From assembly GCA_043771175.1 (NCBI GenBank), contig JAYVHO010000008.1, positions 5,124-69,123 of the forward strand: DNA of 64,000 nt. Reading direction: 5' to 3'. Shown here in pieces: positions 1 through 8,408 of this stretch. Position 1 is the first letter of the stretch; the number at the start of each line of letters is the position of its first letter. The translations under genes were made by a program, and so were the position numbers. The notes under the pieces were generated by a model that saw nothing but the letters and a program-made list of their open reading frames with translations, had not been told where the DNA came from and did not search any database. Origin of the DNA: a bacterium (GTDB lineage Bacteria; Patescibacteriota; Minisyncoccia; Phycocordibacterales; UBA1006).

Positions 1-2629
1 TAATAACACCGCTACCGGATATTACTCATTATCGTCAAACACCACTGGTTTTAGTAACAGTGCGTATGGATTAGAATCACTTAAAAACAATACGACTGGT
101 TATCAAAACACTGCAGCAGGCAGGGACGCGCTTTATAGTAATACAACTGGAGATAGTAATAATGCTAGTGGATTTAGGGCTTTATACTCAAATACTTCTG
201 GAATAGCAAATAATGTATTAGGAATCGAATCCTTCTATTCAAATACAACCGGAGGACAAAACACAGGACTTGGTTCATTTTCTGGTTATGATTCAATTTC
301 TGGCTCAAAAAATACATTTCTTGGTTATAATTCAGGGCGTGGTATTACCACAGGAGGATCAAATACTATCATTGGTGCTAATGTTACTGGCTTGAATGCT
401 GCACTTGCAAACAACATCATCATTGCAGATGGTGATGGAAATCAGAGAATAAATATAGATGCTAGCGGTCATACAACGCTTAAACGAACAGGAATAAACG
501 GTGCTGGTTCTGCTTCAATACTAAACTTAACATCAGACGGTGCTACTATAAATGATTCAGCACGTCTTACTTTTTCCGCAAGAGATTCATCAGCAAATAA
601 TCAAACTTACGGTGCAATTGATGCACTCATCGTAGACCCAACAGCAGGAAGTGAAGACTCAAGTTTAGTATTCTATAACTTCAATGCTGGAGTAGAATCA
701 GAAGTTATGAGATTATCAAATACTGGTAATGTTGGAATTGGTATGACGTCACTATTAAACAAACTTGGCGTGGCAGGTGGTATAAGTTTTACTGGTGAAT
801 TACGAGAGAATTCTCTCTCAAATAAGCTAATCATAGCTGCTGGATCTGGGATTGGAACAGAAATACACGCAGGTGATGCAACAGGTATTATCTTCAAAGA
901 TGCCGGTAACAATGAAAAAATGAGAATGCTCGCAAATGGAAATATAGGAATTGGAACTATTGTACCTGATGTGTTTAGTCGTGGATACACCGGTAAGATT
1001 GTTGGTATTTCATCTACTGGGCAATCAGCTCTTTCAGTAAATAGTGCAACGGGTTCAAATGCCTATCTTGATTTAGGAGTAAATAATACATACATTGGAG
1101 GTATTCAAGCGAGCTCATCAACACTTGAGGTTGGTACAAGTTCTGTAAATCCACTATTGTTTAGCACAAATGGTGTTGAAAAAATGAGAATACTTTCAAG
1201 TGGAAATATAGGAATTGGAACTTCGGCACCAACTACTAGTTTGCACGTTATTAAAAGTGCTGTAACATCTCAAAACGTACTAAATCTTGAAACATCTGGA
1301 GTAAACGGTAGACCATTCTTAAACTTCAGAGCAGAAGGTAGTGACTATGGTTACATTGGTTATGGTTCAACTGGGGCTGACACAATGCACTTGGTAAATT
1401 ATAAAAATTCAAATTTGCAGTTTGGAACAAATTCTTTAGTACGGATGACTATTGATTCTTCAGGATATCTTGGAGTTGGAAATACAAACCCTCTTCAACT
1501 TCTTGATATTAAAGGTGCAGCTGCATCAGCAGTATACGAAGGATTTGTCGTGCGAGACGCTACTTCAGAACAAGTTCGTATAGGTTATAAATCAGGTAGC
1601 CCTACCGCTGGGCTCGCTTCTACTCAAATACTAAATACTAACCTTGGAGGAGGTGACTATGAAACAATGATTGCTGCACCAAGCCTAGGGGGGTATAGTA
1701 ATATGTCATTTAGAACTTCAGGTGCAGGAGGAGGTAGTTTACAAGAAGTTATGAAGATTACTGGTGAAACCGGAACCGTGTCTATAACTAACGCAGGTGT
1801 TGATTCGACAGGTATTCCGCTCGACGTAATAACAACCGCTACAACAGCTGCAAGATTTACTAATAATGTTGGTAACTGTACTATTAACCCAACAACAACT
1901 TCTCTTTCTTGTTCATCTGATATTCGTTTGAAAAAAAATATTACCAACATGCGCGACAATACTCCATTTAACTTAAACACTGCGTTAAATGAACATAACC
2001 AAACAGTGCTACAGAAGATCGAAGGTCTTACTCCTGTGACATATAATTGGAATTCAGAATCAAATGGTGCAACAAAACATTCAGGATTTATTGCACAAGA
2101 AGTTGAGCAATTGTTCCCAGATTTAGTTGCCACTGACCCAGTAACTGGTCTTAAATCAGTAAACTATATGGGATTTGCTCCCTATGTGGTAGAGGCTATT
2201 TCATCTATTACTAATATTTCTGATTCATTCAAAACAAATTTAGTAGCGTGGCTTGCAAATGTGAATAATGGAATTGATACCGTGATTGCCAATACCTTTA
2301 AAGCAAAGAATATTGAAACCAAAGCAATTACGATTAATCCTGATGATAAAACAAAATCAGGTATCACCATTTATGACCGCGTGACGGGACAGCCAGTGTG
2401 TATGTTTGTTGCAAATGGAACCACCACCACAGAGCAAGGCGTATGTGGAGAAGTTCCATCAACTCAAACTATTATCCCACCACCAGCACCTGTACCAGAG
2501 CCAACCCCAGATCCAGCACCAGAAGAAAATCCAGAAATTATCCCACCAGCAGCAGATCAATTACCTCCTGTGCCAGATCCCATACCAGAACCTCCCGTAA
2601 CCGACCCAGCTCCAGAAATAACTCTATAA
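1..2629 (+). CDS. Large repeat-rich surface / tail-fibre-like protein with a C-terminal intramolecular-chaperone (peptidase S74-like) domain and a Pro-rich tail; 5' end lies outside the window
   Basis: Frame 2 is open from base 2. N/G/T-rich ~14-aa repeats. Four 'MR(I/M)L..GN(I/V)GIGT' units. Motif 'SSDIRLKKNI...HSGFIAQEVEQLFPDLV...VNYMGF'. Tail 'PPPAPVPEPTPDPAPEE...'. Confidence 0.8.
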   Translation, partial: NNTATGYYSLSSNTTGFSNSAYGLESLKNNTTGYQNTAAGRDALYSNTTGDSNNASGFRALYSNTSGIANNVLGIESFYSNTTGGQNTGLGSFSGYDSISGSKNTFLGYNSGRGITTGGSNTIIGANVTGLNAALANNIIIADGDGNQRINIDASGHTTLKRTGINGAGSASILNLTSDGATINDSARLTFSARDSSANNQTYGAIDALIVDPTAGSEDSSLVFYNFNAGVESEVMRLSNTGNVGIGMTSLLNKLGVAGGISFTGELRENSLSNKLIIAAGSGIGTEIHAGDATGIIFKDAGNNEKMRMLANGNIGIGTIVPDVFSRGYTGKIVGISSTGQSALSVNSATGSNAYLDLGVNNTYIGGIQASSSTLEVGTSSVNPLLFSTNGVEKMRILSSGNIGIGTSAPTTSLHVIKSAVTSQNVLNLETSGVNGRPFLNFRAEGSDYGYIGYGSTGADTMHLVNYKNSNLQFGTNSLVRMTIDSSGYLGVGNTNPLQLLDIKGAAASAVYEGFVVRDATSEQVRIGYKSGSPTAGLASTQILNTNLGGGDYETMIAAPSLGGYSNMSFRTSGAGGGSLQEVMKITGETGTVSITNAGVDSTGIPLDVITTATTAARFTNNVGNCTINPTTTSLSCSSDIRLKKNITNMRDNTPFNLNTALNEHNQTVLQKIEGLTPVTYNWNSESNGATKHSGFIAQEVEQLFPDLVATDPVTGLKSVNYMGFAPYVVEAISSITNISDSFKTNLVAWLANVNNGIDTVIANTFKAKNIETKAITINPDDKTKSGITIYDRVTGQPVCMFVANGTTTTEQGVCGEVPSTQTIIPPPAPVPEPTPDPAPEENPEIIPPAADQLPPVPDPIPEPPVTDPAPEITL

Positions 2630-2631
2630 TA

Positions 2632-2660
2632 AATTCCCCACAAAAATGTGGGGAATTTTG
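2632..2660 (+). terminator. Rho-independent terminator of the surface-protein gene
   Basis: Perfect 11-bp stem aattccccaca/tgtggggaatt, loop aaaa, then tt(t)g; begins 3 nt after the TAA stop. Confidence 0.8.
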
Positions 2661-2680
2661 TCAATAATGAGATTATTTTT

Positions 2681-2760
2681 TCCGTCATCCCGCAACTGCC
2701 AGTGGTTATCTCAATGTTTTTTCCATCATCCCGTTGAACAACGGGAACCAGGCGGCTAAC
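2681..2760 (+). repeat. GTCATCCCG mosaic repeat, locus A (one linear 40-nt unit plus one hairpin unit)
   Basis: tccgtcatcccgcaactgccagtggttatctcaatgtttt followed by ttccatcatcccgttgaacaacgggaaccaggcggc; related copies at five other loci. Confidence 0.85.
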
Positions 2761-2802
2761 AATAAAACTTGTTAGATTTTTTATAATAATTTTCTGAATT
2801 TA

Positions 2803-2811
2803 TGCTACGAT
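2803..2811 (+). promoter_or_regulatory. Extended -10 box (tgctacgat), 6 nt upstream of ATG 2818
   Basis: TGn + TACGAT; same geometry as about 18 other starts in the window. Confidence 0.5.
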
Positions 2812-2817
2812 TTCTAA

Positions 2818-3144
2818 ATGAAAGATTTTGATGCGTGGAATATAATCAAAAAAAAGTATGATGAAAAAGATAGAGAAATAATCAAAGTATTTTGTCATGA
2901 GCGAGAGATTTGGTGGATTTCATTAGGGTTGAATATAGGTGATGAAGAAGATGGTAAAGGAGCTTTGTTTGAAAGACCAATATTAGTTATAAAAAAATTT
3001 AACAATAATATATTTTGGGGATGTTCACTTTCAACAAAAATTAAAGACCAAAATAAATACTATCATAAGATTGATACTAAGGAAGGAATTCGATCGGTAA
3101 TAATTTCTCAGTTGCGATTGTATGATACTAAGAGAAAAATTTGA
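2818..3144 (+). CDS. PemK/MazF-family toxin-like protein; the C-terminus appears frameshifted
   Basis: 'REIWWISLGLNIGDEEDGKGALFERPILVIKKFN...FWGCSLSTK...SQLRLYDTKR' resembles MazF/PemK-fold proteins. The missing C-terminal helix reads in the +1 frame (3143-3199). Confidence 0.6.
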   Translation: MKDFDAWNIIKKKYDEKDREIIKVFCHEREIWWISLGLNIGDEEDGKGALFERPILVIKKFNNNIFWGCSLSTKIKDQNKYYHKIDTKEGIRSVIISQLRLYDTKRKI

Positions 3145-3335
3145 TACAATAGAAATTGAAAAATTTAAGCAAATAAAAACAGCAATTAAAAAATTACTGT
3201 AATCATTTTCCCCGGCAGATTGCTCTGCTGAAAACCCGAAGGCATTTGTACTAATTATGTTACCAAATAAAAATAGATTGTCAATAAAAAACTTAATCTC
3301 TGTAAAAAATACTATAATTTTTTTAATTATTACCA

Positions 3336-3470
3336 TTCGTCATCCCGCAATTGCCATTTGTTACCTCACTATTTTTGCGTCATTCCTATGTTGCTTTTGT
3401 TATCTCAATATTGTTTCCGTCATTCAACTGTTGTTTACGTCATCTCGCTTTTCAGCGGGATGACGGACAT
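3336..3470 (+). repeat. GTCATCCCG mosaic repeat, locus B (four tandem degenerate units ending in an 11-bp hairpin)
   Basis: Units start at 3336, 3377, 3416 and 3437. The last is cgtcatctcgc-ttttca-gcgggatgacg. The ORF-track MurG N-terminal extension merely translates these repeats. Confidence 0.85.
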
Positions 3471-3479
3471 GAGACCAAA

Positions 3480-3488
3480 TGCTATAAT
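3480..3488 (+). promoter_or_regulatory. Extended -10 box (tgctataat), 6 nt upstream of the murG ATG
   Basis: TGcTATAAT at 3480-3488; ATG at 3495. Confidence 0.6.
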
Positions 3489-3494
3489 ATTCCT

Positions 3495-4625
3495 ATGAAA
3501 ATAGCGTATACAGGCGGAGGCACGGGCGGACATATGTACCCAATTATTGCGGTGAATGAAGAATTGTTAGACGTATATGAAACAGGGAAGTTTGTTGATC
3601 AAGGTATTTATTTTTTTTCAAACTCTCCGTATGATAAATTTTTGCTCCAGAAAAATTTTATAGAATATGTACATATACCAGCAGGTAAGTTACGCCTTTA
3701 TCCATCATTTCAAAATTTTATTGATATCTTTAAAACATTATATGGAATTATTATTGCATCAATTCGTTTATATGCAATTATGCCTGATGTAGTATTTGGA
3801 AAGGGTGGATACGCCAGTTTTCCAACGGTGTTTGCAGCGTGGATGTTAGGAATTCCTGTAGTGATTCATGAATCAGATGTAGCACCAGGACGTTCAAATT
3901 CTTTATGTGCAAAGTTTGCTACGTTTGTTTGCACTTCATATGCAGAAGCATTTGAATATTTTGATAATAAAGAAATTTTGATACATACCGGGCAGCCAAT
4001 GAGGCGCGCGCTGCAAGCGCGCGCCTCAGAAGAATTTGCATATGAAGGAGTAGATAGAAACAAAAAAACTCTTTTAGTTATTGGAGGCAGTCAAGGTGCC
4101 GCTTTATTTAATGACTTAGTTGCAGGGTTAGCGCCAGAGCTCTTAGAAACACATAATATTTTACATATTACGGGAACAAAAAATTATGAAGCTCAAAAAA
4201 AATTAATGGATTCACTATTGGCAAATAATCCTTACAAAAGTTCCTATATTATTTTTGATTATGTTGATGAGGTAATGTTTAAAAAACTGGCGTCTGCTGC
4301 AGATGCTGCATTAACGCGGGCCGGATCAACACTCTTTGAACTTGCATGTATGGAACTTCCTTGTATTGTAGTGCCATTTACGGTTTCAAATCGTGATCAT
4401 GCAAGAAAAAATGCGTTTGCATTTGCAGCTACTGGTGCGGGGATTGTAATAGAAGAATCAAATTTGTCTACGCAAATATTTCTTAAGGAATTATATGAAA
4501 TTGAAACAGATATACGGTATAAACAATCTGCACAAACATTTCCGTCATTAAAACTCCACCGACATGCTGCTAAAACTATTGCAGATTTACTTATAACCGT
4601 TGCCAAAGAACATTATAAAGAATAA
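3495..4625 (+). CDS. murG: UDP-N-acetylglucosamine--N-acetylmuramyl-(pentapeptide) pyrophosphoryl-undecaprenol GlcNAc transferase (MurG)
   Basis: 'MKIAYTGGGTGGHMYPIIAV', 'LLVIGGSQGA', 'TRAGSTLFEL'. Start moved to 3495 (repeats upstream, -10 box). Confidence 0.9.
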   Translation: MKIAYTGGGTGGHMYPIIAVNEELLDVYETGKFVDQGIYFFSNSPYDKFLLQKNFIEYVHIPAGKLRLYPSFQNFIDIFKTLYGIIIASIRLYAIMPDVVFGKGGYASFPTVFAAWMLGIPVVIHESDVAPGRSNSLCAKFATFVCTSYAEAFEYFDNKEILIHTGQPMRRALQARASEEFAYEGVDRNKKTLLVIGGSQGAALFNDLVAGLAPELLETHNILHITGTKNYEAQKKLMDSLLANNPYKSSYIIFDYVDEVMFKKLASAADAALTRAGSTLFELACMELPCIVVPFTVSNRDHARKNAFAFAATGAGIVIEESNLSTQIFLKELYEIETDIRYKQSAQTFPSLKLHRHAAKTIADLLITVAKEHYKE

Positions 4626-4647
4626 TAGAAGTGGTATAATACTATTC

Positions 4648-5907
4648 ATGCTAAACGGTATTTTGAACAATAAAAAAACACTGCTTGTTACTGCAGTGTT
4701 TTTTTTGCTGATGCCACTGCTGGTGTTTGCAAATACCGAAAAAGAATTAAAAAAGTCTCAGCAAACAATTATTGAATTACAAAAGAAAAAACAATTACTT
4801 TTAACAGAATACGATGCGGCAACAAAAAAAGTAGAGCAAACAAAAAATATTCTTAAACAAAATGAATTAAATAAAGAAGAAACACTATTACAGATTGCAC
4901 AAGAGCAAGAAGTGATAAACCGTGGTAGTGCAACAGAACTTGCGCTGACACGCCAAATTATTACTGGGGAACGATCACTTAAAAATCTTATTCGCAAAAT
5001 TAATATGTATCAAACTCAAAATAGATTATTACTAATGCTTTCAAAGAAAACATTACTTGAACAAAGTAATACTTCTTATCAACATCTTGTAAAAAACCTA
5101 ACAGGTAATTTAGAAAATTATAAAGAAATGCAGTCAACATTGTATGCAGTAAAAAATTCAAATGCAATTTCTGTTGTTAATAAAACAAAGCTTGAAGAGA
5201 TTTATGATTTTAGAAATAAAGAGTTACTTCAAATAATAGCAGTAGATAGTAAAAATGCTGATTTGTTTTTTGATGATATTCACGATGTTGACAAAAAGAT
5301 TGGATCCGAAGAAAAAAACTATGAAGCATTACATGATGAGTGGGAACTTGATAATATAGAGAATGAAAAAAATAATTCAGTAAATAAATTACCAGAAAAG
5401 GGAACCAAATATGCATGGCCATTAAAAGATGTTTATATCACTCAAAAATTTGGAAAAACAAAAGATTCAAAGCGTTTGTATCTCTCTGGTAGTCACAGTG
5501 GCGTAGATTTTAGAGCAAAATATGATAATTTGTATTCGGTTGGAAATGGTGTAGTAATAGCGGTAGGTGATACTGATTTGGCCTGTAATAAATCTTCGTT
5601 TGGGAAATGGATATTGATTGAATACCCAGAAGGAATTTCTGCCGTATATGGACATCTTTCAAAAGTATTTGTTTCAAGGGGAGATAAAGTGAAAACTGGA
5701 AATATTTTGGGAGTTACGGGAAATACGGGCCGCACCACGGGGCCACATCTTCATTTGGGATTTTATGCTACATATAATGAACAAGGAGAAAAAATTGTAA
5801 ACGTAGAAGGCAAACAAAGCACGATGTGTAAAGGAAGTATTTTAGTTCAACCACGTGCACCGCGCAGTGCATATATTGACCCGCTTGAGTATTTTAGTAA
5901 AAATTAA
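4648..5907 (+). CDS. M23 family metallopeptidase with N-terminal signal/TM segment and coiled coil (EnvC/NlpD-like)
   Basis: 'HSGVDFRA', 'AVYGHLS', 'GNTGRTTGPHLHLG'. tggtataat at 4632-4640 supports ATG 4648. Confidence 0.85.
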   Translation: MLNGILNNKKTLLVTAVFFLLMPLLVFANTEKELKKSQQTIIELQKKKQLLLTEYDAATKKVEQTKNILKQNELNKEETLLQIAQEQEVINRGSATELALTRQIITGERSLKNLIRKINMYQTQNRLLLMLSKKTLLEQSNTSYQHLVKNLTGNLENYKEMQSTLYAVKNSNAISVVNKTKLEEIYDFRNKELLQIIAVDSKNADLFFDDIHDVDKKIGSEEKNYEALHDEWELDNIENEKNNSVNKLPEKGTKYAWPLKDVYITQKFGKTKDSKRLYLSGSHSGVDFRAKYDNLYSVGNGVVIAVGDTDLACNKSSFGKWILIEYPEGISAVYGHLSKVFVSRGDKVKTGNILGVTGNTGRTTGPHLHLGFYATYNEQGEKIVNVEGKQSTMCKGSILVQPRAPRSAYIDPLEYFSKN

Positions 5908-5910
5908 TTG

Positions 5911-6037
5911 TTTTTGTCATTTCGCTACGATCGTTTGTTATTCCGCTGTACTTCTTCCGTCATCTCGCTGAAAAGCGGGATCTAGGGCGGAAAGATAGAC
6001 ACAAACTGGATACCGTTATACAACGGTATGACGGATA
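5911..6037. repeat. GTCATCCCG mosaic repeat, locus C (one linear unit plus a head-to-head pair of hairpin units)
   Basis: ttccgtcatctcgctgaaaagcgggatctagg (forward) and ctggataccgttatacaacggtatgacgga (reverse). Confidence 0.85.
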
Positions 6038-6038
6038 G

Positions 6039-6545
6039 TTACACCTTCTTATATAACTCAACAGAAACCCCTAAAGATTCTTCAAACGGAAGAATGGAAT
6101 GTTCATATTTTGAAACCTCTTTATGATTACTGAAATGATGAACTGTTTCTGTAATAGCAGAAAACCGAGCAATCGCAATAGTTCCGTTTGGTTTTAAAAT
6201 TCTATGAACTTCAGAAAGTAAACTCTGTTCATTGATAAATTTATGAAACGAGTTAGAAAACACCACCAAATCAGCTGATTCTGATAAAATGTTGGTACCA
6301 AAAATCCGTGGGTTTGATAAGTAGGTAATTGATATATTATGATTATCTTTGTATTCTTTAGTAAACTTTTCAAATTGTTCAAAATTATGAGTAACACCAA
6401 TATAATGTTCACCTGTTTGCAGTGCTTCAAAAATAAGAGGTGGATGACCGTATGACGTAAATACACCAAATTCCACCACTGTGGGTGCCACGGTTAATTG
6501 TGAAGTGACGTATCTTTTGATTTGAAGAGGGAGATTAAACCACAT
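6039..6545 (-). CDS. Class I SAM-dependent methyltransferase
   Basis: 'ADLVVFSNSFHKFINEQSLLSEVHRILKPNGTIAI' (Methyltransf_11-like). Start at 'MWFNLP' is supported by tgttacaat (rc of 6556-6564). Confidence 0.65.
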   Translation of the reverse strand: MWFNLPLQIKRYVTSQLTVAPTVVEFGVFTSYGHPPLIFEALQTGEHYIGVTHNFEQFEKFTKEYKDNHNISITYLSNPRIFGTNILSESADLVVFSNSFHKFINEQSLLSEVHRILKPNGTIAIARFSAITETVHHFSNHKEVSKYEHSILPFEESLGVSVELYKKV

Positions 6546-6588
6546 ATATAAACATATTGTAACATGGGTGTTGTGGTATAATTTTTTG

Positions 6589-8367
6589 ATGAAGAATGTA
6601 AATACTATCCCGCAAACACTTAAAAAAATAAATATCATTGCATTTAAAAATTATAAAGAAATACTTATTACACTTTTACTTATTACACTTTTCTCTGCAG
6701 TTTCACCCTATGCATTTTCATATTTTCAAGGTGCATTTATTGATAAAATTATTGAATATACAAAAGTTGGTGGTACTTTACAGCCCGTATATATATCAAT
6801 TTTGATATTTGGTGGGGTTTACTTTGTATTAAAAATTGCAGATATTTTGTATGATTTTTTTGATAGAAGATTTGGAATAAAACTTGCAACTACCACAGAA
6901 AAATTATTATTAGACAAAAAAAGTCAGTTAAGTGTTGCAGATTATGATAACAGTGAAACATGGTCAATGATACAAAAAGCAACAGAGGCGCAAGGTCAAA
7001 TCCACAGCACCATATATTTTCAAAATAGTATTATAAGGCAGTTTTTTAGTTTGATTGCAGCGATTATTATTGTTGCAAATTTTTCTTGGGTTGCGCTTGT
7101 TGTTATTTTAATCACTACTATCCCAAATGCTGTAATTAATTATCTTGAAAACAACGCCGACTGGAAAAGATGGCTTCATGAAACAGCTGCTCGCAAACAT
7201 TTAAGTTATTTATCAGGAGTTTTTTCTTCAGAAAAATCACTCGCTGAGATAAAATTCTTTCAAGTGGCAAAAAAACTCATTCAAAAATGGAATACGGATA
7301 AAATAGAAATTGTTGAAAAAAAGATTTTTGTAATACAAGAAAAGTTTTTACCATATTTTGGGATATCTGCATTGATTTCGATACTGGGCTATATTGTGGT
7401 ATTTTATATTTTAACTCAAATGGCAATCAATGGAGAGGTTTCAATTGGAAAAATTACATTTTATATTTCAAGTATTTTTGCTCTTAATAATTCTTTTTCA
7501 TCACTTATTTCAAAAATTGGAGCAAATTATCAAAATGTTTTGAAACTCAAAGAATACGTTGATTTTCTTGATCTTGATATTTCTACCAAAGAAGAAGGAA
7601 TTGAACCAGAAAATTTAATTCATCCGCCGGTTATAACGATTAAAAATTTATATTTTTCTTATCCAGAAAAAGATGTACTTAAAAATATTTCTTGTACTAT
7701 AAAACCAGGGGAAAAAATTGCCGTGGTTGGGCTGAATGGTGCCGGTAAAACAACACTTATTAAAATGCTGACAAAAATCTATAATCCAAATTCTGGAAGT
7801 ATTCATATCGATGAACATTTATTGGAAGATCTTTCAACGTCGTGGTGGTATAACCACCTTGGAGTGCTTTCTCAGGAATATACCAACTACAGCTTTACCG
7901 TAGAAGAGTCAATTGCTATTGGTTCAAACAGTGAATTTGATGCTGAATTGGTAATGCAATGTGCACAATTAGCGCAAGTTCATGAAACTATTATGGAGCT
8001 ACCGTTAGGATACAAAACTCAATTAGGCAAGCAGTTTAAAAATGGTCATAATTTTTCTATTGGTCAATGGCAAAAAATAGCAATTGCCCGTGCATTATAT
8101 AGACAGCCAAAAGTTTTGATTTTAGATGAACCAACATCAGCAGTTGACGCAGAAGCAGAAGAAGCAATTTTTAATAATCTGCATGATTTGTCAGGTGACA
8201 CTACTCTTATTTTTGTGTCACACCGATTCTCAACCATCCGCCGAGCAGACAGAATTATGTTAGTACAAGATGGAACCATTGCGGAGCAAGGAAGTCATGA
8301 ACAGCTTATGAAACTTCACGGTGAATACTCCAGATTATTTAATTTACAAGCAAAATCGTATCAATAA
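6589..8367 (+). CDS. ABC transporter, fused permease/ATP-binding protein (type I exporter)
   Basis: N-terminal TM domain; Walker A 'GLNGAGKTT', signature-like 'FSIGQWQKIAIARAL', Walker B 'LILDEPTSAVD'. tggtataat at 6574-6582. Confidence 0.85.
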   Translation: MKNVNTIPQTLKKINIIAFKNYKEILITLLLITLFSAVSPYAFSYFQGAFIDKIIEYTKVGGTLQPVYISILIFGGVYFVLKIADILYDFFDRRFGIKLATTTEKLLLDKKSQLSVADYDNSETWSMIQKATEAQGQIHSTIYFQNSIIRQFFSLIAAIIIVANFSWVALVVILITTIPNAVINYLENNADWKRWLHETAARKHLSYLSGVFSSEKSLAEIKFFQVAKKLIQKWNTDKIEIVEKKIFVIQEKFLPYFGISALISILGYIVVFYILTQMAINGEVSIGKITFYISSIFALNNSFSSLISKIGANYQNVLKLKEYVDFLDLDISTKEEGIEPENLIHPPVITIKNLYFSYPEKDVLKNISCTIKPGEKIAVVGLNGAGKTTLIKMLTKIYNPNSGSIHIDEHLLEDLSTSWWYNHLGVLSQEYTNYSFTVEESIAIGSNSEFDAELVMQCAQLAQVHETIMELPLGYKTQLGKQFKNGHNFSIGQWQKIAIARALYRQPKVLILDEPTSAVDAEAEEAIFNNLHDLSGDTTLIFVSHRFSTIRRADRIMLVQDGTIAEQGSHEQLMKLHGEYSRLFNLQAKSYQ

Positions 8368-8408
8368 AACTTTTTTCTTTATAAGAAATTTGCTATACTA
8401 CTACCATT

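Noticed and set aside
2398-2667. Alternative-frame ORFs (2398-2667 and 2406-2600) within the Pro-rich tail of the fibre protein
   Set aside because: They overlap the main frame, which continues from a conserved domain. They are typical off-frame readings of CCA/GAA-rich repeats.
3336-3470. Tandem ~40-bp units considered as a possible CRISPR array
   Set aside because: The units abut one another with no unique spacers and are degenerate. The same unit occurs singly elsewhere. No cas genes are present.
3351-3494. N-terminal 48-aa extension of MurG given in the ORF track (and the analogous extension 9576-9602 of the ygjP-like gene)
   Set aside because: The extensions simply translate copies of the GTCATCCCG repeat family. 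A consensus -10 box and a conserved MurG N-terminus (MKIAYTGGGTGGH) begin at 3495.
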